This document shows, piece after piece, positions 9,490-19,051 of a stretch of 64,000 nt of DNA. The first letter of the stretch is position 1. Each line of letters opens with the position of its first letter. The notes below the pieces were generated by a model, which had not been told where the DNA came from, did no database searches, and was given only the letters and a program-made list of their open reading frames with translations. The position numbers and the translations under genes were made by a program. The DNA is taken from positions 35,292 through 99,291 of the forward strand of contig JAFVRO010000022.1 in NCBI GenBank assembly GCA_017504205.1, read 5' to 3'. The stretch is from Clostridia bacterium (lineage in GTDB: Bacteria > Bacillota > Clostridia > Oscillospirales > CAG-272).

Positions 9490-10333
9490 GATAACTATGC
9501 TTATGAATGCGGATCAGTTTATTCTCAGTGCCCTCAGGGAGGATATCTCAAGCGAGGACGTTACCACCAACTCCGTGATGAGGGAATATAAGCTCGGTGA
9601 GGTGGACCTCATCTGCAAGCAGGATGGAGTAATTGCAGGTCTTGGCGTGTTCAGAAGAGTATTCGAGCTTCTCGACCCAACAACCGAGGTGACGTTTACT
9701 TGTAAGGACGGCGACAAGGTATCCAAAGGTGAAAAGCTCGGCGTGATAAGAGGTGACATAAGAGTGTTGCTATCAGGAGAGCGTACCGCACTTAACTATC
9801 TCCAACGTATGAGCGGCATCGCAACATACACACGGAATATCGTAGACCTCCTTGCAGGATCTTCAACTAAGTTGCTTGATACGCGAAAAACTACCCCGAA
9901 TATGCGCATTTTTGAAAAATACGCCGTAAAGGTTGGTGGGGGTAACAACCACAGATATAATCTGAGCGACGGTATACTCCTGAAGGATAACCATATTGGC
10001 GCGGCAGGCGGTATTCGTCAGGCTATCGCAATGGCAAAGGAATATGCCCCATTTGTGCGTAAAATCGAGATCGAGGTCGAAAATCTTGATATGCTGAGAG
10101 AGGCACTCGATGCGGGCGCCGACATCATTATGCTTGACAATATGAGCGTTGAGGATATGCGCGAGGCAGTAAGACTTGCAAAGGGAATGGCAGAGACCGA
10201 ATGCAGCGGCAACGTCACAAGAGAGAATATCGCAAAACTTGTTGACATCGGCGTTGATTATATCTCCAGTGGCGCTCTTACCCATTCCGCGCCCATCCTT
10301 GATCTTTCTATGAAGAATCTCCACGCAATTTAA
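9482..10333 (+). CDS. nadC: Nicotinate-nucleotide diphosphorylase (carboxylating), also called quinolinate phosphoribosyltransferase
   Basis: ERTALNYLQRMSGIAT and LLDTRKTTP motifs. Overlaps the nadB stop by 8 nt. Confidence 0.9.
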   Translation: MNEITMLMNADQFILSALREDISSEDVTTNSVMREYKLGEVDLICKQDGVIAGLGVFRRVFELLDPTTEVTFTCKDGDKVSKGEKLGVIRGDIRVLLSGERTALNYLQRMSGIATYTRNIVDLLAGSSTKLLDTRKTTPNMRIFEKYAVKVGGGNNHRYNLSDGILLKDNHIGAAGGIRQAIAMAKEYAPFVRKIEIEVENLDMLREALDAGADIIMLDNMSVEDMREAVRLAKGMAETECSGNVTRENIAKLVDIGVDYISSGALTHSAPILDLSMKNLHAI

Positions 10334-10367
10334 TTTGTTCTTTAAAAATTGTTTATATTTGGAGGAT

Positions 10368-12149
10368 ATGATGAACAACATTATATTAAAAAAATCAGGC
10401 TACACCCTCAGAGCAATTCTCGTTTTGCTCTCAATTATCCTTGCATTGGCGGTATTCAGCTCATGTGATAAAGAGCCGGATACACCCCCAAAGGAAAGCG
10501 AATCCGAAAGCGAAACGGTTCCGGCAACAGAAAAGCTTGAATTAATAAAAAACGGCAAGGTTAATTGCCAGGTCATATACGGCTCCTCTCACGGTGGTGA
10601 TGCCGGTATTTCCTTTGCATTGCTTCAGGGCGCAGCACTTGGCGTGGAAATCCCGTTTGAACGTGATTTTGTAGATGAAGATTCAACAGATATTGAAATA
10701 TTGTTCGGAGAGACCGATAGGGAAGAGTCTGCCATTTTTAATGAACTGATCAAGGCGTCCGGTGACTGGATAGTGCAGGTTATAAATAATAAGCTTGTCG
10801 TTGTAGGAGGCTCTGCCTCTGCATACGCCGCAGCGGTTGAGTATATAGAATCAAATTACCTGGATATCGCATCAAAAACCTTGGAGATCCCCGGTGATAT
10901 GTGCCATACTTACCTACTATCGGATAGCGAGTTATTCAAACAATTCCAATCATCGGTTGTAGTTTATTCTGCAAAAGCCACAACGAGAGTAAAAGATTCC
11001 GCAAAAGTGCTTACCAATGAAATCAACAGGCTTAGCGGCGCAACACTTCAGGTATCAAATGATTCGGTGGGTAAGGCAGACCGCGAGATAGTCATCGGCA
11101 ACACTAATCGCCGTGAGAGCCCTGAAATGTTTCTTTACGATTACTCGATAATATTTGAAGGAAATAACGTATACATAGACGGAGGATGTTCACTGGCGGT
11201 TGAGCAGGCTATCAATAAGTTTGTTGAAATGATAAATAACAACAACTTTGAAAATTTCGAATACAAGTTTGATACGGCTCTCTTTAATCCTATAGCCTTT
11301 GACCAAAGCCTCTTCACTCCCGTGTGGGCGGATAGAGTGACTGTTCCCGAATGGATGACCGATTTCAATGAAAAACTATATGCTCTCACCAACCCCTCGG
11401 GACGTCCCATGTCGGTATCCCACAGAAGCGACAGAGTCAACTATCCCGAAAATTCTGTTGAAGGATGCCTCTCTGCTGCACTTCTCGGAGCTGATGTCAT
11501 TGAGATGGATCTCTACCTCACCAAGGATAATGTCCTTGTGTTATGCCATAACTCAACACTTGACGCGACTACAAATGTTAAGGAAATGAAGGGTAAAAAC
11601 GGACTTCCCGATTCAAACAAGGTATGCGATTGGACATATGCACAGCTTCAACAGCTTAGTCTACTCACAGTTCAGGATAAGACTGTTACAGAATATAAAA
11701 TGCCTTCATTCTATGAGATATTATGCCTGCTCAGAGACCGTTGCTTCATTATGGTAGACAGAAAGGCCGAAATATTTAACCAGGAAGATGTAATGGAGCA
11801 TCTCGCGGCGGCCGATAACTTTCAATCAGCTTTCTATTCCATGTTTGTTTCTGCCAAAGCCGGTCCCGGAACTTCCAATTCCCACACGGTAATTTCTCAA
11901 TACAGTAAAGCTCATCCGGAAAACACCAAGCTTGCTGACTATTGTCAGAAATTCGCGTCATATATGGCAATGCCGGGGCATTCAAAGCGCGGCAGGGGCT
12001 GGCTTACCGGTGATTCCACAACTAATCCGAGTATCGAAAATCTTGCGTTGTATAAATCAAAATATGATGGTGGCCTGCGCTTGATATACACGAACAATAT
12101 TGAGCTTATGTCTACCTTTGTAGCGAAATACGAACCTGATCTGAAGTAA
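10368..12149 (+). CDS. Lipoprotein: duplicated N-terminal module plus C-terminal glycerophosphodiester phosphodiesterase (GDPD) domain
   Basis: Lipobox AVFSSC. GDPD block HRSDRVNYPENSVEG..GADVIEMDLYLTKDNVLVLCHNSTLDATTNV. Start moved to the ATG behind RBS ggagga. Confidence 0.7.
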   Translation: MMNNIILKKSGYTLRAILVLLSIILALAVFSSCDKEPDTPPKESESESETVPATEKLELIKNGKVNCQVIYGSSHGGDAGISFALLQGAALGVEIPFERDFVDEDSTDIEILFGETDREESAIFNELIKASGDWIVQVINNKLVVVGGSASAYAAAVEYIESNYLDIASKTLEIPGDMCHTYLLSDSELFKQFQSSVVVYSAKATTRVKDSAKVLTNEINRLSGATLQVSNDSVGKADREIVIGNTNRRESPEMFLYDYSIIFEGNNVYIDGGCSLAVEQAINKFVEMINNNNFENFEYKFDTALFNPIAFDQSLFTPVWADRVTVPEWMTDFNEKLYALTNPSGRPMSVSHRSDRVNYPENSVEGCLSAALLGADVIEMDLYLTKDNVLVLCHNSTLDATTNVKEMKGKNGLPDSNKVCDWTYAQLQQLSLLTVQDKTVTEYKMPSFYEILCLLRDRCFIMVDRKAEIFNQEDVMEHLAAADNFQSAFYSMFVSAKAGPGTSNSHTVISQYSKAHPENTKLADYCQKFASYMAMPGHSKRGRGWLTGDSTTNPSIENLALYKSKYDGGLRLIYTNNIELMSTFVAKYEPDLK

Positions 12150-12178
12150 AAATATATGTAATTTTGAAAGGATTATTT

Positions 12179-13924
12179 ATGAAAAAATATTACGCCATAT
12201 TTCTTGTTTTGACATTGTTGTTTATACTTTTATTGACATCATGTCATAACCCGGTAGATCCGCCAAATGATTCTGAGAGTGATTCAAATTCTGATAAACC
12301 CGAAGAGCGCATTACTATTATTTCGAACGGATCTACAGATGTTTCGCTTGTTTGCGATGTCTCCGATGGCTTTAATGCATCCTATTTGTTGTCTGATGCC
12401 ATTTCAGACGAGCTCAACGTAAAACTTGAGCCATCCAGAGATACGTTTTCCGACCCCTCGCAAAATTTTGAAATACTTTTTGGTTTTACAAACCGCGCGC
12501 AATCCGAAAAGTATGCCGATAAAATAATTGCAAAAGGTGACTGGTTCATCAAGCTTGACGAAAATGCCCTCGTCGTACTTGCCGGTAGTATGCAGTCATA
12601 CGTCAGTGCTGTCGAATATATAAAAGATAATTATATTGATGAGCAGACCGGTGTTATGTCTGTTCCACTCTCGGCTGAAGTGGATCGCACACTGAAAAGT
12701 ACGGACTTTTATAAGCAGTTTGTTAGCGGAAATATCGTGTATGCTAAGGGGAATACTGGCTCCAAGACATCAGCGATGGCGCTTTGCGATGCAATCGAAG
12801 AATACTGCGGAGTCAAAATGAATGTTACGGACGATAGCGCGGAAAGAGAAGAGAACGAAATTGTAATAGGAAAGACAAATCGTTCCACCAAGGCTCCCGT
12901 TCTTTCATTTTACGATTACACTATAAAATCCGATAATAGTACGGTATATATAAACGCAGGCGGAAAATTAGCATACACCAATGCCATTACCGCGCTTCTC
13001 GAAAAAATGGATTTTGCTAACTCGATCAAAGAGTTGGAAACAGAAGATTTTGTAAGCGAGTTATTTAATCCACTAATTCACGATCAATCATCCTTCGTTC
13101 CGGTATGGTCAAAAGAGCTTACTGTACCTGAATGGATGCACGATTTTAATGAAAAACTCTATGCTATAACCAATCCCTCGGGCAGACCCATGTCTATGGC
13201 GCACAGAGGTGACATGGTAAATTACCCCGAAAATTCTATTGAAGGGTATCTGTCTGCCGCGTTGCTCGGAGCTGACGTTATCGAAATGGACCTTCAGTAT
13301 ACCAAAGACGGCATACTTGTAGTAATGCATGATCCTACTCTTAACCGAACCACGGATGTTGCCGATAAAAAAGGCAAAAACGGTCTGCCAAATTCCGTAC
13401 AAGTTGCAGATTGGACGTATGAGCAACTCAAACAGCTGAATTTGCTTGACAGAGAAAAGAATGTTACAGAGTACAAAATTCCGTCATATTATGAGATGCT
13501 GCTTGTGATGAGAAACCGTTGCTTCTTGTCGATAGATGCTAAAGTTGATATTAGCTTTCAATCAGTTCAGGAAATTATGATCGCGGCAGATGCATTACAA
13601 ACAGGTTTCTATTCTGTTTATCTTTCAAGCGGTCACGGCCCCGCAAGAAGTAATTCTTATACCACGATTATTACTATAAGCAAAGCACACCCTGAGCTTA
13701 AAGAGCTTCGCGGCTACTGCGATAAGATAGCATCGTATATGAAAATGCCCGGACATGCAATACGAGAGAGAGGCTGGTTGCGCGATACCCCATCTGCTGA
13801 CCCATCAATAGAAACGCATGAAATTTATAAATCGGACTACGAAGCAGGACTGAGGCTAATATACACGAATAATATTCATCTGATGTCTTCGTTTATCGCA
13901 AAATACGAGCCCGACCTGAAATAA
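12179..13924 (+). CDS. Paralogous lipoprotein with C-terminal GDPD domain
   Basis: Lipobox LLTSC. GDPD block HRGDMVNYPENSIEG..GADVIEMDLQYTKDGILVVMHDPTLNRTTDV. Colinear with the preceding gene. Confidence 0.7.
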   Translation: MKKYYAIFLVLTLLFILLLTSCHNPVDPPNDSESDSNSDKPEERITIISNGSTDVSLVCDVSDGFNASYLLSDAISDELNVKLEPSRDTFSDPSQNFEILFGFTNRAQSEKYADKIIAKGDWFIKLDENALVVLAGSMQSYVSAVEYIKDNYIDEQTGVMSVPLSAEVDRTLKSTDFYKQFVSGNIVYAKGNTGSKTSAMALCDAIEEYCGVKMNVTDDSAEREENEIVIGKTNRSTKAPVLSFYDYTIKSDNSTVYINAGGKLAYTNAITALLEKMDFANSIKELETEDFVSELFNPLIHDQSSFVPVWSKELTVPEWMHDFNEKLYAITNPSGRPMSMAHRGDMVNYPENSIEGYLSAALLGADVIEMDLQYTKDGILVVMHDPTLNRTTDVADKKGKNGLPNSVQVADWTYEQLKQLNLLDREKNVTEYKIPSYYEMLLVMRNRCFLSIDAKVDISFQSVQEIMIAADALQTGFYSVYLSSGHGPARSNSYTTIITISKAHPELKELRGYCDKIASYMKMPGHAIRERGWLRDTPSADPSIETHEIYKSDYEAGLRLIYTNNIHLMSSFIAKYEPDLK

Positions 13925-13950
13925 AAAAATTTTAAAAAATCTTATTTTCG

Positions 13951-13963
13951 GTGACTAAGTCAC
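13951..13963. promoter_or_regulatory. Perfect 13-bp palindrome GTGACTAAGTCAC abutting the predicted -35 of the dfx operon (candidate operator)
   Basis: Read directly from the sequence. A TATAAT lies at 13986-13991. Confidence 0.35.
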
Positions 13964-14033
13964 TGAAAGCATACTCAAAATAGGCTATAATTAAAGCACA
14001 ATAAAACAAAAAATTCTTTGGAGGTATTCAAAA

Positions 14034-14420
14034 ATGTGTGAGAACAGTAATAGATTTTATGTATGTGAGCATTGCGGTAATATCGTTGGTATGATCCACG
14101 ATTCAGGTGTTCCTATGATGTGCTGCGGTCAGAAGATGACCAAGCTTGAGCCCGGTACAGTTGAGGCAAGCCACGAAAAGCATATCCCCGTAGTAACCGT
14201 TGAAGGCAACACCGTAAAGGTGGTTATCGGATCCGTTGAGCATCCTATGGTTCAGGAGCATAGCATCCTGTGGGTATATCTCCAGACCGATAAGGGCGGT
14301 CAGCGTAAATGTCTTGAGGTAGGCTCCGCTCCCGTGGTTACCTTCGCAATCGGCGAGGAAAAGCCCGTTGCCGTATACGCTTATTGCAATCTTCACGGAC
14401 TCTGGAAAGCAGACGTTTAA
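14034..14420 (+). CDS. dfx: Desulfoferrodoxin (2Fe superoxide reductase)
   Basis: N-terminal CEHCGN...MCCG desulforedoxin-like centre, then EKHIPV, HPMVQEH and CNLHGLW ligand blocks. Confidence 0.9.
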   Translation: MCENSNRFYVCEHCGNIVGMIHDSGVPMMCCGQKMTKLEPGTVEASHEKHIPVVTVEGNTVKVVIGSVEHPMVQEHSILWVYLQTDKGGQRKCLEVGSAPVVTFAIGEEKPVAVYAYCNLHGLWKADV

Positions 14421-14445
14421 TTCAAGAGTAATTCGGAGGTAATAT

Positions 14446-14955
14446 ATGAACGCTACAGTGCATCAGCTGCTGAACCAACAGATAAACAAGGAGTTTTACT
14501 CCGCATATCTGTATCTTGAGTTTTCAAACTATTTCAAATCCCAGGACCTCGACGGCTTTGCAAACTGGTACTTCATTCAGGCACAGGAGGAAAGAGATCA
14601 TGCAATGCTCTTTTATACCTACCTTCAGAATGAAGATATGCCCATAACACTTGAAGCAATAGATAAACCAAATTTTGAATGGGTAGACCATATGACTACC
14701 CTTGAGGCAGGTCTTACCCACGAGAAATACGTTACATCTCTTATCAACGCAATATACGAGGCGGCGTATGACTCAAGAGATTTCCGCGCAATGCAGTTCC
14801 TTGACTGGTTCGTAAAAGAGCAGGGCGAGGAGGAGACCAACGCAAGAGATCTCATCTCTAAATTCAAGCTTTTCGGCAACGATCCCAAGAGCTTGTATAT
14901 GTTAAACCAGGAGCTGGCTGCAAGAGTTTATTCAGCGCCCTCTCTGGTACTCTGA
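14446..14955 (+). CDS. ftnA: Non-haem ferritin
   Basis: [19 protein letters not shown] and [13 protein letters not shown] ferroxidase-centre helices. 169 aa. Confidence 0.85.
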   Translation: MNATVHQLLNQQINKEFYSAYLYLEFSNYFKSQDLDGFANWYFIQAQEERDHAMLFYTYLQNEDMPITLEAIDKPNFEWVDHMTTLEAGLTHEKYVTSLINAIYEAAYDSRDFRAMQFLDWFVKEQGEEETNARDLISKFKLFGNDPKSLYMLNQELAARVYSAPSLVL

Positions 14956-14981
14956 GAATAATAATGAACGAGGTAATTAAA

Positions 14982-15140
14982 ATGAAAAAATATGTATGTG
15001 AAGTATGCGGATGGGAATACGACGAGGCAGAGGGCGCTCCCGAGCACGGTATAGCCCCCGGTACAAAATTCGAGGATCTTCCCGAGGACTTTACCTGCCC
15101 CCTTTGCGGAGTAGATAAGGATAATTTCGCAGAAGCGTAA
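14982..15140 (+). CDS. Rubredoxin (52 aa; below the ORF-track cutoff)
   Basis: Manual translation gives [52 protein letters not shown], with CxxCG and CPxCG motifs. RBS gaggt lies upstream. Confidence 0.9.
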   Translation: MKKYVCEVCGWEYDEAEGAPEHGIAPGTKFEDLPEDFTCPLCGVDKDNFAEA

Positions 15141-15141
15141 A

Positions 15142-15180
15142 ACAAAGAAGCAAGGCGCGAGCCTTGCTTCTTTGTTTTTT
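15142..15180 (+). terminator. Rho-independent terminator of the dfx-ftn-rubredoxin operon
   Basis: acaaagaagcaaggc / gccttgcttctttgt stem followed by TTTTTT. Confidence 0.85.
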
Positions 15181-15300
15181 ACTGCTATTCAATATTAAAT
15201 ATGTAAAATTTCTTAAGCCCTTCAAATTTCCACTTTACATTTTCAAGCAAATGTGGTATACTTTAGATAATATCTCATCACCCACTCAAAGGAGAATATC

Positions 15301-15537
15301 ATGAAAAAGAAAATGACAGTTTGGCTCGCTATAAGCTCGGTGCTCCTGATCCTCGTCAGCACCGCAGGCGTGATATATAAAATAATTCCCGAAAAAGTGG
15401 CATCTTTTCTTTCATCTCTCAACTTATCGTGGAGCTTCCCGATATATTGGATAGCATTTCTTATTACCATAGCAATGGTCATAACATTTGAGCAGCTTAC
15501 GGTGTACTACACGAAAAAAGAAGATAAAACCAAATAA
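15301..15537 (+). CDS. Small membrane protein, unknown function
   Basis: 78 aa with two hydrophobic helices. RBS aaggaga lies before the ATG. Confidence 0.5.
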   Translation: MKKKMTVWLAISSVLLILVSTAGVIYKIIPEKVASFLSSLNLSWSFPIYWIAFLITIAMVITFEQLTVYYTKKEDKTK

Positions 15538-15620
15538 TACCGACGTAAAAGATCCGACAACGCGCATTGGGCTCCCTATGCGCTTTTGTCATATTCAGTC
15601 ACAACGAAAGGCTTGCGCAA

Positions 15621-18026
15621 ATGAAAAACGACCGTAAAACAAAAACCAAAGGCTACAACGGATTTGACCGTGTGTTGACCCCAATAAAAAAGAATATCAA
15701 ACAGTACGTCTGCTTTTTCTTGGCGCTCTTGCTCGTCCAGACCGCAGTAATGTCATTGCAGCTGACGTTCTTTTCGGTTCGCTCCGATGTTGAAGCCCTC
15801 ATTTCTGACGGATATACCGTAACCGCTACCGCAATAATTGACGGCAAAGAAACGAACGTAACCTATACCCGACATATGCGCATAGATTACCTGACAGATC
15901 AGACGCGCACCTACCTCGAAAACGGTGTGAATTCCGCCGTCAGCATCGGACAGAACAACGAATTTTCCTTTATTGACTATGAGACCGTCATAGACGCCGT
16001 CGGTCGCAAAACCTTCAGTGCCTACGTCTCACTGAAAGAGCCGTTAAAAGAGAATGCCGCAAAATTTATCGAAAAATACGTAGATGTGCTCGATGTGTAT
16101 GTTCCCGGAACTAAGGATAACCTTGCAATATCTTATACCCCGGCATATACCGTAGATAACGAGCTCGCATCCATAACGGCGGATAACGTAAAGGCAATGC
16201 TCCTTGCAACACTCCTCTCTGTTCTTGCACTCACACTTCTGTATACAATAAATATCAACTCCTTTAAGCACAGATACGGCGTGTATATGTCATTCGGCGC
16301 AGATTTCAAAAAGCTACTCGTTATAGCCTCCCGTGAGCTTGCACTTATCAGCGCGTTAATTTTGCCGATTTCCGTCATAATTTCCGTTCTTGTTAACGCT
16401 TTGATTATAAAAGCTTTTACAGTAACCGTTACCGCGTTTTTTATAAGCCTTGCAGTAACTGTGGGCGTGAGCATGGTTTCCATTACCGTTGCGGCAATAC
16501 TTCCTATAAAACGCATTTCCGTTTCAGCCCCTGTTGATTTGATCGTCGCAAAGGATAACTCCGACCGCGTTTCCTCACCGAGATCGTCATACCGACTTTT
16601 CGGCGCATCATTCCCGTTCAAGTACGAATGGTTGACTACCGTCAGATTCAGAAAGCATTACGTTCAGACTATTATCAGCGCGGCACTGTTTTGCATCGTA
16701 TTCGTCTCCTGTATGTGCCTGTCGGATATGTCCCGTCAGGACGCCGATACAGTTAATACAGCATATGAAGTAGCCGTATATAACCAAAGCATAGAGGACG
16801 GCGACGCATATCAAAAATATCTTGACGGTGTTGAAAAAATATTAAAGCTTGAGCAAAAATATAACTTTATCGACCACGCATCTGCAGACAACTCGGTCGC
16901 ACTTCCAAGTCTCAATTCTCACGTCGTGCTTCCAATGTCATCGCTTGCATCATCAAAATCTCATTACGTCTCAACAAATGATCCCGAAGGACTGAAGGCT
17001 GCCGCCGCATCGGAATTCAATATCGCCTCATATAACGCAAGCACGCTGAAATATCTTGCCGAGAAGGGCGTTATCTCCATCGACGGTGATTATAGCCTTC
17101 TGGATTCCACAACCCTGGCTCACGGCTATGTCGTTGTCAGTGAGTATATCAATAACGAAAAAGCGTTCGATCTTTCTGTGGGCGATAAGATATATATCGC
17201 AACACACACAGGCGGTGAGATCCCCTCTGACTACCCGATCTATTCAACGCTTGACTCACTTGAAGCACAGCTCGAATATATGTCCTTTACTTATAAGACC
17301 TATACCGTCTGCGCCGTGATGAGAGAAGCGGATGATGTCGGCAACGCAACTATTATTATACCGCCCGACGATTACAAAAACCTGTGCGGCAGCTACCCCA
17401 TCGCCACACTCAAGCTGAATGTAAAAAACGGAAGCGATCTTCTTGAGGTTTATTCTGCTCGTACAGATATGGTACGCGATCTTCCCGCAGGCTTTAATTG
17501 GCGTCTTACCGACTCCACGGATTACTCCGGCGGCGTGCTTTTGACGAGCCGCAGACTTCCTACACTGTTCACAGTGTTCGGAATTATAATGCTACTGCTC
17601 TCACCGCTTGTCTGGATATGCGCTCAGACCGTGTTCTATAAAAAACGCGAGACCGAGATCAATACCCTTATCGCCCTCGGCTCACCGAAAAGCCGCATAA
17701 AAAGACTTTATACCTTCGGTGCTTGCATCGTAACAGTATGCGCGCTGATTTTGTCGTTTGCATTTGGTACCTTGGCATGCCTTGGACTTTATGCCGCCTC
17801 CGAAGCCTTGAGTGCTTACGGATTTGCCTCCCTCACAGGCGCAAAAAATGCAAGCTATGACTTCGCTGTGCCGTGGCTTGCCTTGACGGTAAGCGCCACC
17901 GTTTCCGCTTTAGGAGGCTTTGTCGCAACCGTCCTGCCATACGCAGAGCTTGAGTATACCCGAAACAAAAATCAAGTCAAGCATATGTCCCCAATTCCTA
18001 AGAAAAATGAAAGGGAAGAGAAATGA
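15621..18026 (+). CDS. ABC transporter permease, FtsX/MacB-like (large, two permease modules)
   Basis: Multiple TM clusters and the ETEINTLIALGSPKSRIKRLY block typical of FtsX-type permeases. 4-nt overlap with the following ATPase gene. Start trimmed to MKNDRK. Confidence 0.65.
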   Translation: MKNDRKTKTKGYNGFDRVLTPIKKNIKQYVCFFLALLLVQTAVMSLQLTFFSVRSDVEALISDGYTVTATAIIDGKETNVTYTRHMRIDYLTDQTRTYLENGVNSAVSIGQNNEFSFIDYETVIDAVGRKTFSAYVSLKEPLKENAAKFIEKYVDVLDVYVPGTKDNLAISYTPAYTVDNELASITADNVKAMLLATLLSVLALTLLYTININSFKHRYGVYMSFGADFKKLLVIASRELALISALILPISVIISVLVNALIIKAFTVTVTAFFISLAVTVGVSMVSITVAAILPIKRISVSAPVDLIVAKDNSDRVSSPRSSYRLFGASFPFKYEWLTTVRFRKHYVQTIISAALFCIVFVSCMCLSDMSRQDADTVNTAYEVAVYNQSIEDGDAYQKYLDGVEKILKLEQKYNFIDHASADNSVALPSLNSHVVLPMSSLASSKSHYVSTNDPEGLKAAAASEFNIASYNASTLKYLAEKGVISIDGDYSLLDSTTLAHGYVVVSEYINNEKAFDLSVGDKIYIATHTGGEIPSDYPIYSTLDSLEAQLEYMSFTYKTYTVCAVMREADDVGNATIIIPPDDYKNLCGSYPIATLKLNVKNGSDLLEVYSARTDMVRDLPAGFNWRLTDSTDYSGGVLLTSRRLPTLFTVFGIIMLLLSPLVWICAQTVFYKKRETEINTLIALGSPKSRIKRLYTFGACIVTVCALILSFAFGTLACLGLYAASEALSAYGFASLTGAKNASYDFAVPWLALTVSATVSALGGFVATVLPYAELEYTRNKNQVKHMSPIPKKNEREEK

Positions 18027-18769
18027 GCAATTACGATTTTAATTCTATAGAGCAAACACCGCTGCTTAAAGCAACCGATGTCATCAAGCAGTACCGTCAG
18101 TACGACGACGTAGTGACTGCCGTCAACCGCGCCACGTTCAATATCTTTGACGGCGAATTCGTGGTTATAATCGGAGCCTCGGGCTCTGGTAAAAGCACCC
18201 TGCTCAATCTCTGTGCAGGACTTGACCGCGTAAATTCCGGTACAATTACCATAAAAGGTCAGGAAATAACCGCAATGTCAGCCGATCAGCTTGGCAGATT
18301 TCGCGGCAATTTCCTCGGTACCGTCTTTCAGAACCATAATCTCATACCGCAGTTCACCGCACTTGAAAATATCCTCGTCCCCACACTTATGTGTAATAAA
18401 CCCGACGTAAGCTACGAGGAGACGATCAAAAAGCTTGTCTCCGTCCTCGACCTCGGTGACAGACTTCACCACCTCCCGAGCGAGCTTTCAGGCGGCCAGC
18501 AGCAAAGAGTGGCAATAGCCCGCGCACTGATAAATCGCCCTCTCGTCGTCTTTGCCGACGAGCCTACGGGAAATCTCGATAAGGATAACGCCGAGGACGT
18601 CCTCGAGCTGCTCCTTGAAACCAAGGAAGTAATGAACCAGACGCTGATCATGGTCACCCATGACCTCTCTATCGCCGAGCGCGCCGACAGAGTGTTCCTT
18701 ATGGATGACGGCTACCTCAAGCCCTGGAGACATAGCGATACCCTTATGTATCCCGCCAAAAAGCACTGA
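18023..18769 (+). CDS. ABC transporter ATP-binding protein (MacB/LolD-type)
   Basis: Walker A GASGSGKST, signature LSGGQQQRVAIARAL, Walker B VVFADEPTGNLD. Confidence 0.9.
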   Translation: MSNYDFNSIEQTPLLKATDVIKQYRQYDDVVTAVNRATFNIFDGEFVVIIGASGSGKSTLLNLCAGLDRVNSGTITIKGQEITAMSADQLGRFRGNFLGTVFQNHNLIPQFTALENILVPTLMCNKPDVSYEETIKKLVSVLDLGDRLHHLPSELSGGQQQRVAIARALINRPLVVFADEPTGNLDKDNAEDVLELLLETKEVMNQTLIMVTHDLSIAERADRVFLMDDGYLKPWRHSDTLMYPAKKH

Positions 18770-18831
18770 TCCGTAACGAAAAACGCAACGTAAAAAAACT
18801 CAAAATTTTTCAAAAAACTTGAAAAAAGGTA

Positions 18832-18859
18832 TTGACAAAAATAAAAAAAAGAGTATAAT
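18832..18859 (+). promoter_or_regulatory. Sigma-A type promoter for tRNA-Leu(GAG)
   Basis: TTGACA, 16 nt, TATAAT, about 14 nt upstream of the tRNA. Confidence 0.6.
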
Positions 18860-18873
18860 AATATATGTTGCAA

Positions 18874-18958
18874 GCGAGAGTGGCGGAACTGGCAGACGCG
18901 CACGTTTGAGGGGCGTGTGGTTTTCACCGTACGGGTTCAAGTCCCGTTTCTCGCACCA
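18874..18958 (+). tRNA. tRNA-Leu (anticodon GAG)
   Basis: GCGAGAGTGGCGGAACTGGCAGACGCG..., anticodon stem-loop CACGT-TTGAGGG-GCGTG, long variable arm, T-arm GGGTTCAAGTCCC, encoded CCA. Confidence 0.9.
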
Positions 18959-18960
18959 GA

Positions 18961-18994
18961 ATCGGAGGTTCAATAGAATCTCCGATCTTTTGTT
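18961..18994 (+). terminator. Rho-independent terminator after tRNA-Leu(GAG)
   Basis: atcggag / ctccgat stem followed by CTTTTGTT. Confidence 0.6.
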
Positions 18995-19051
18995 ATCCTA
19001 CATTTCAATCATATTGCAAACAAAACGTTTGGTCTAAGGAGGAAATCCCAA

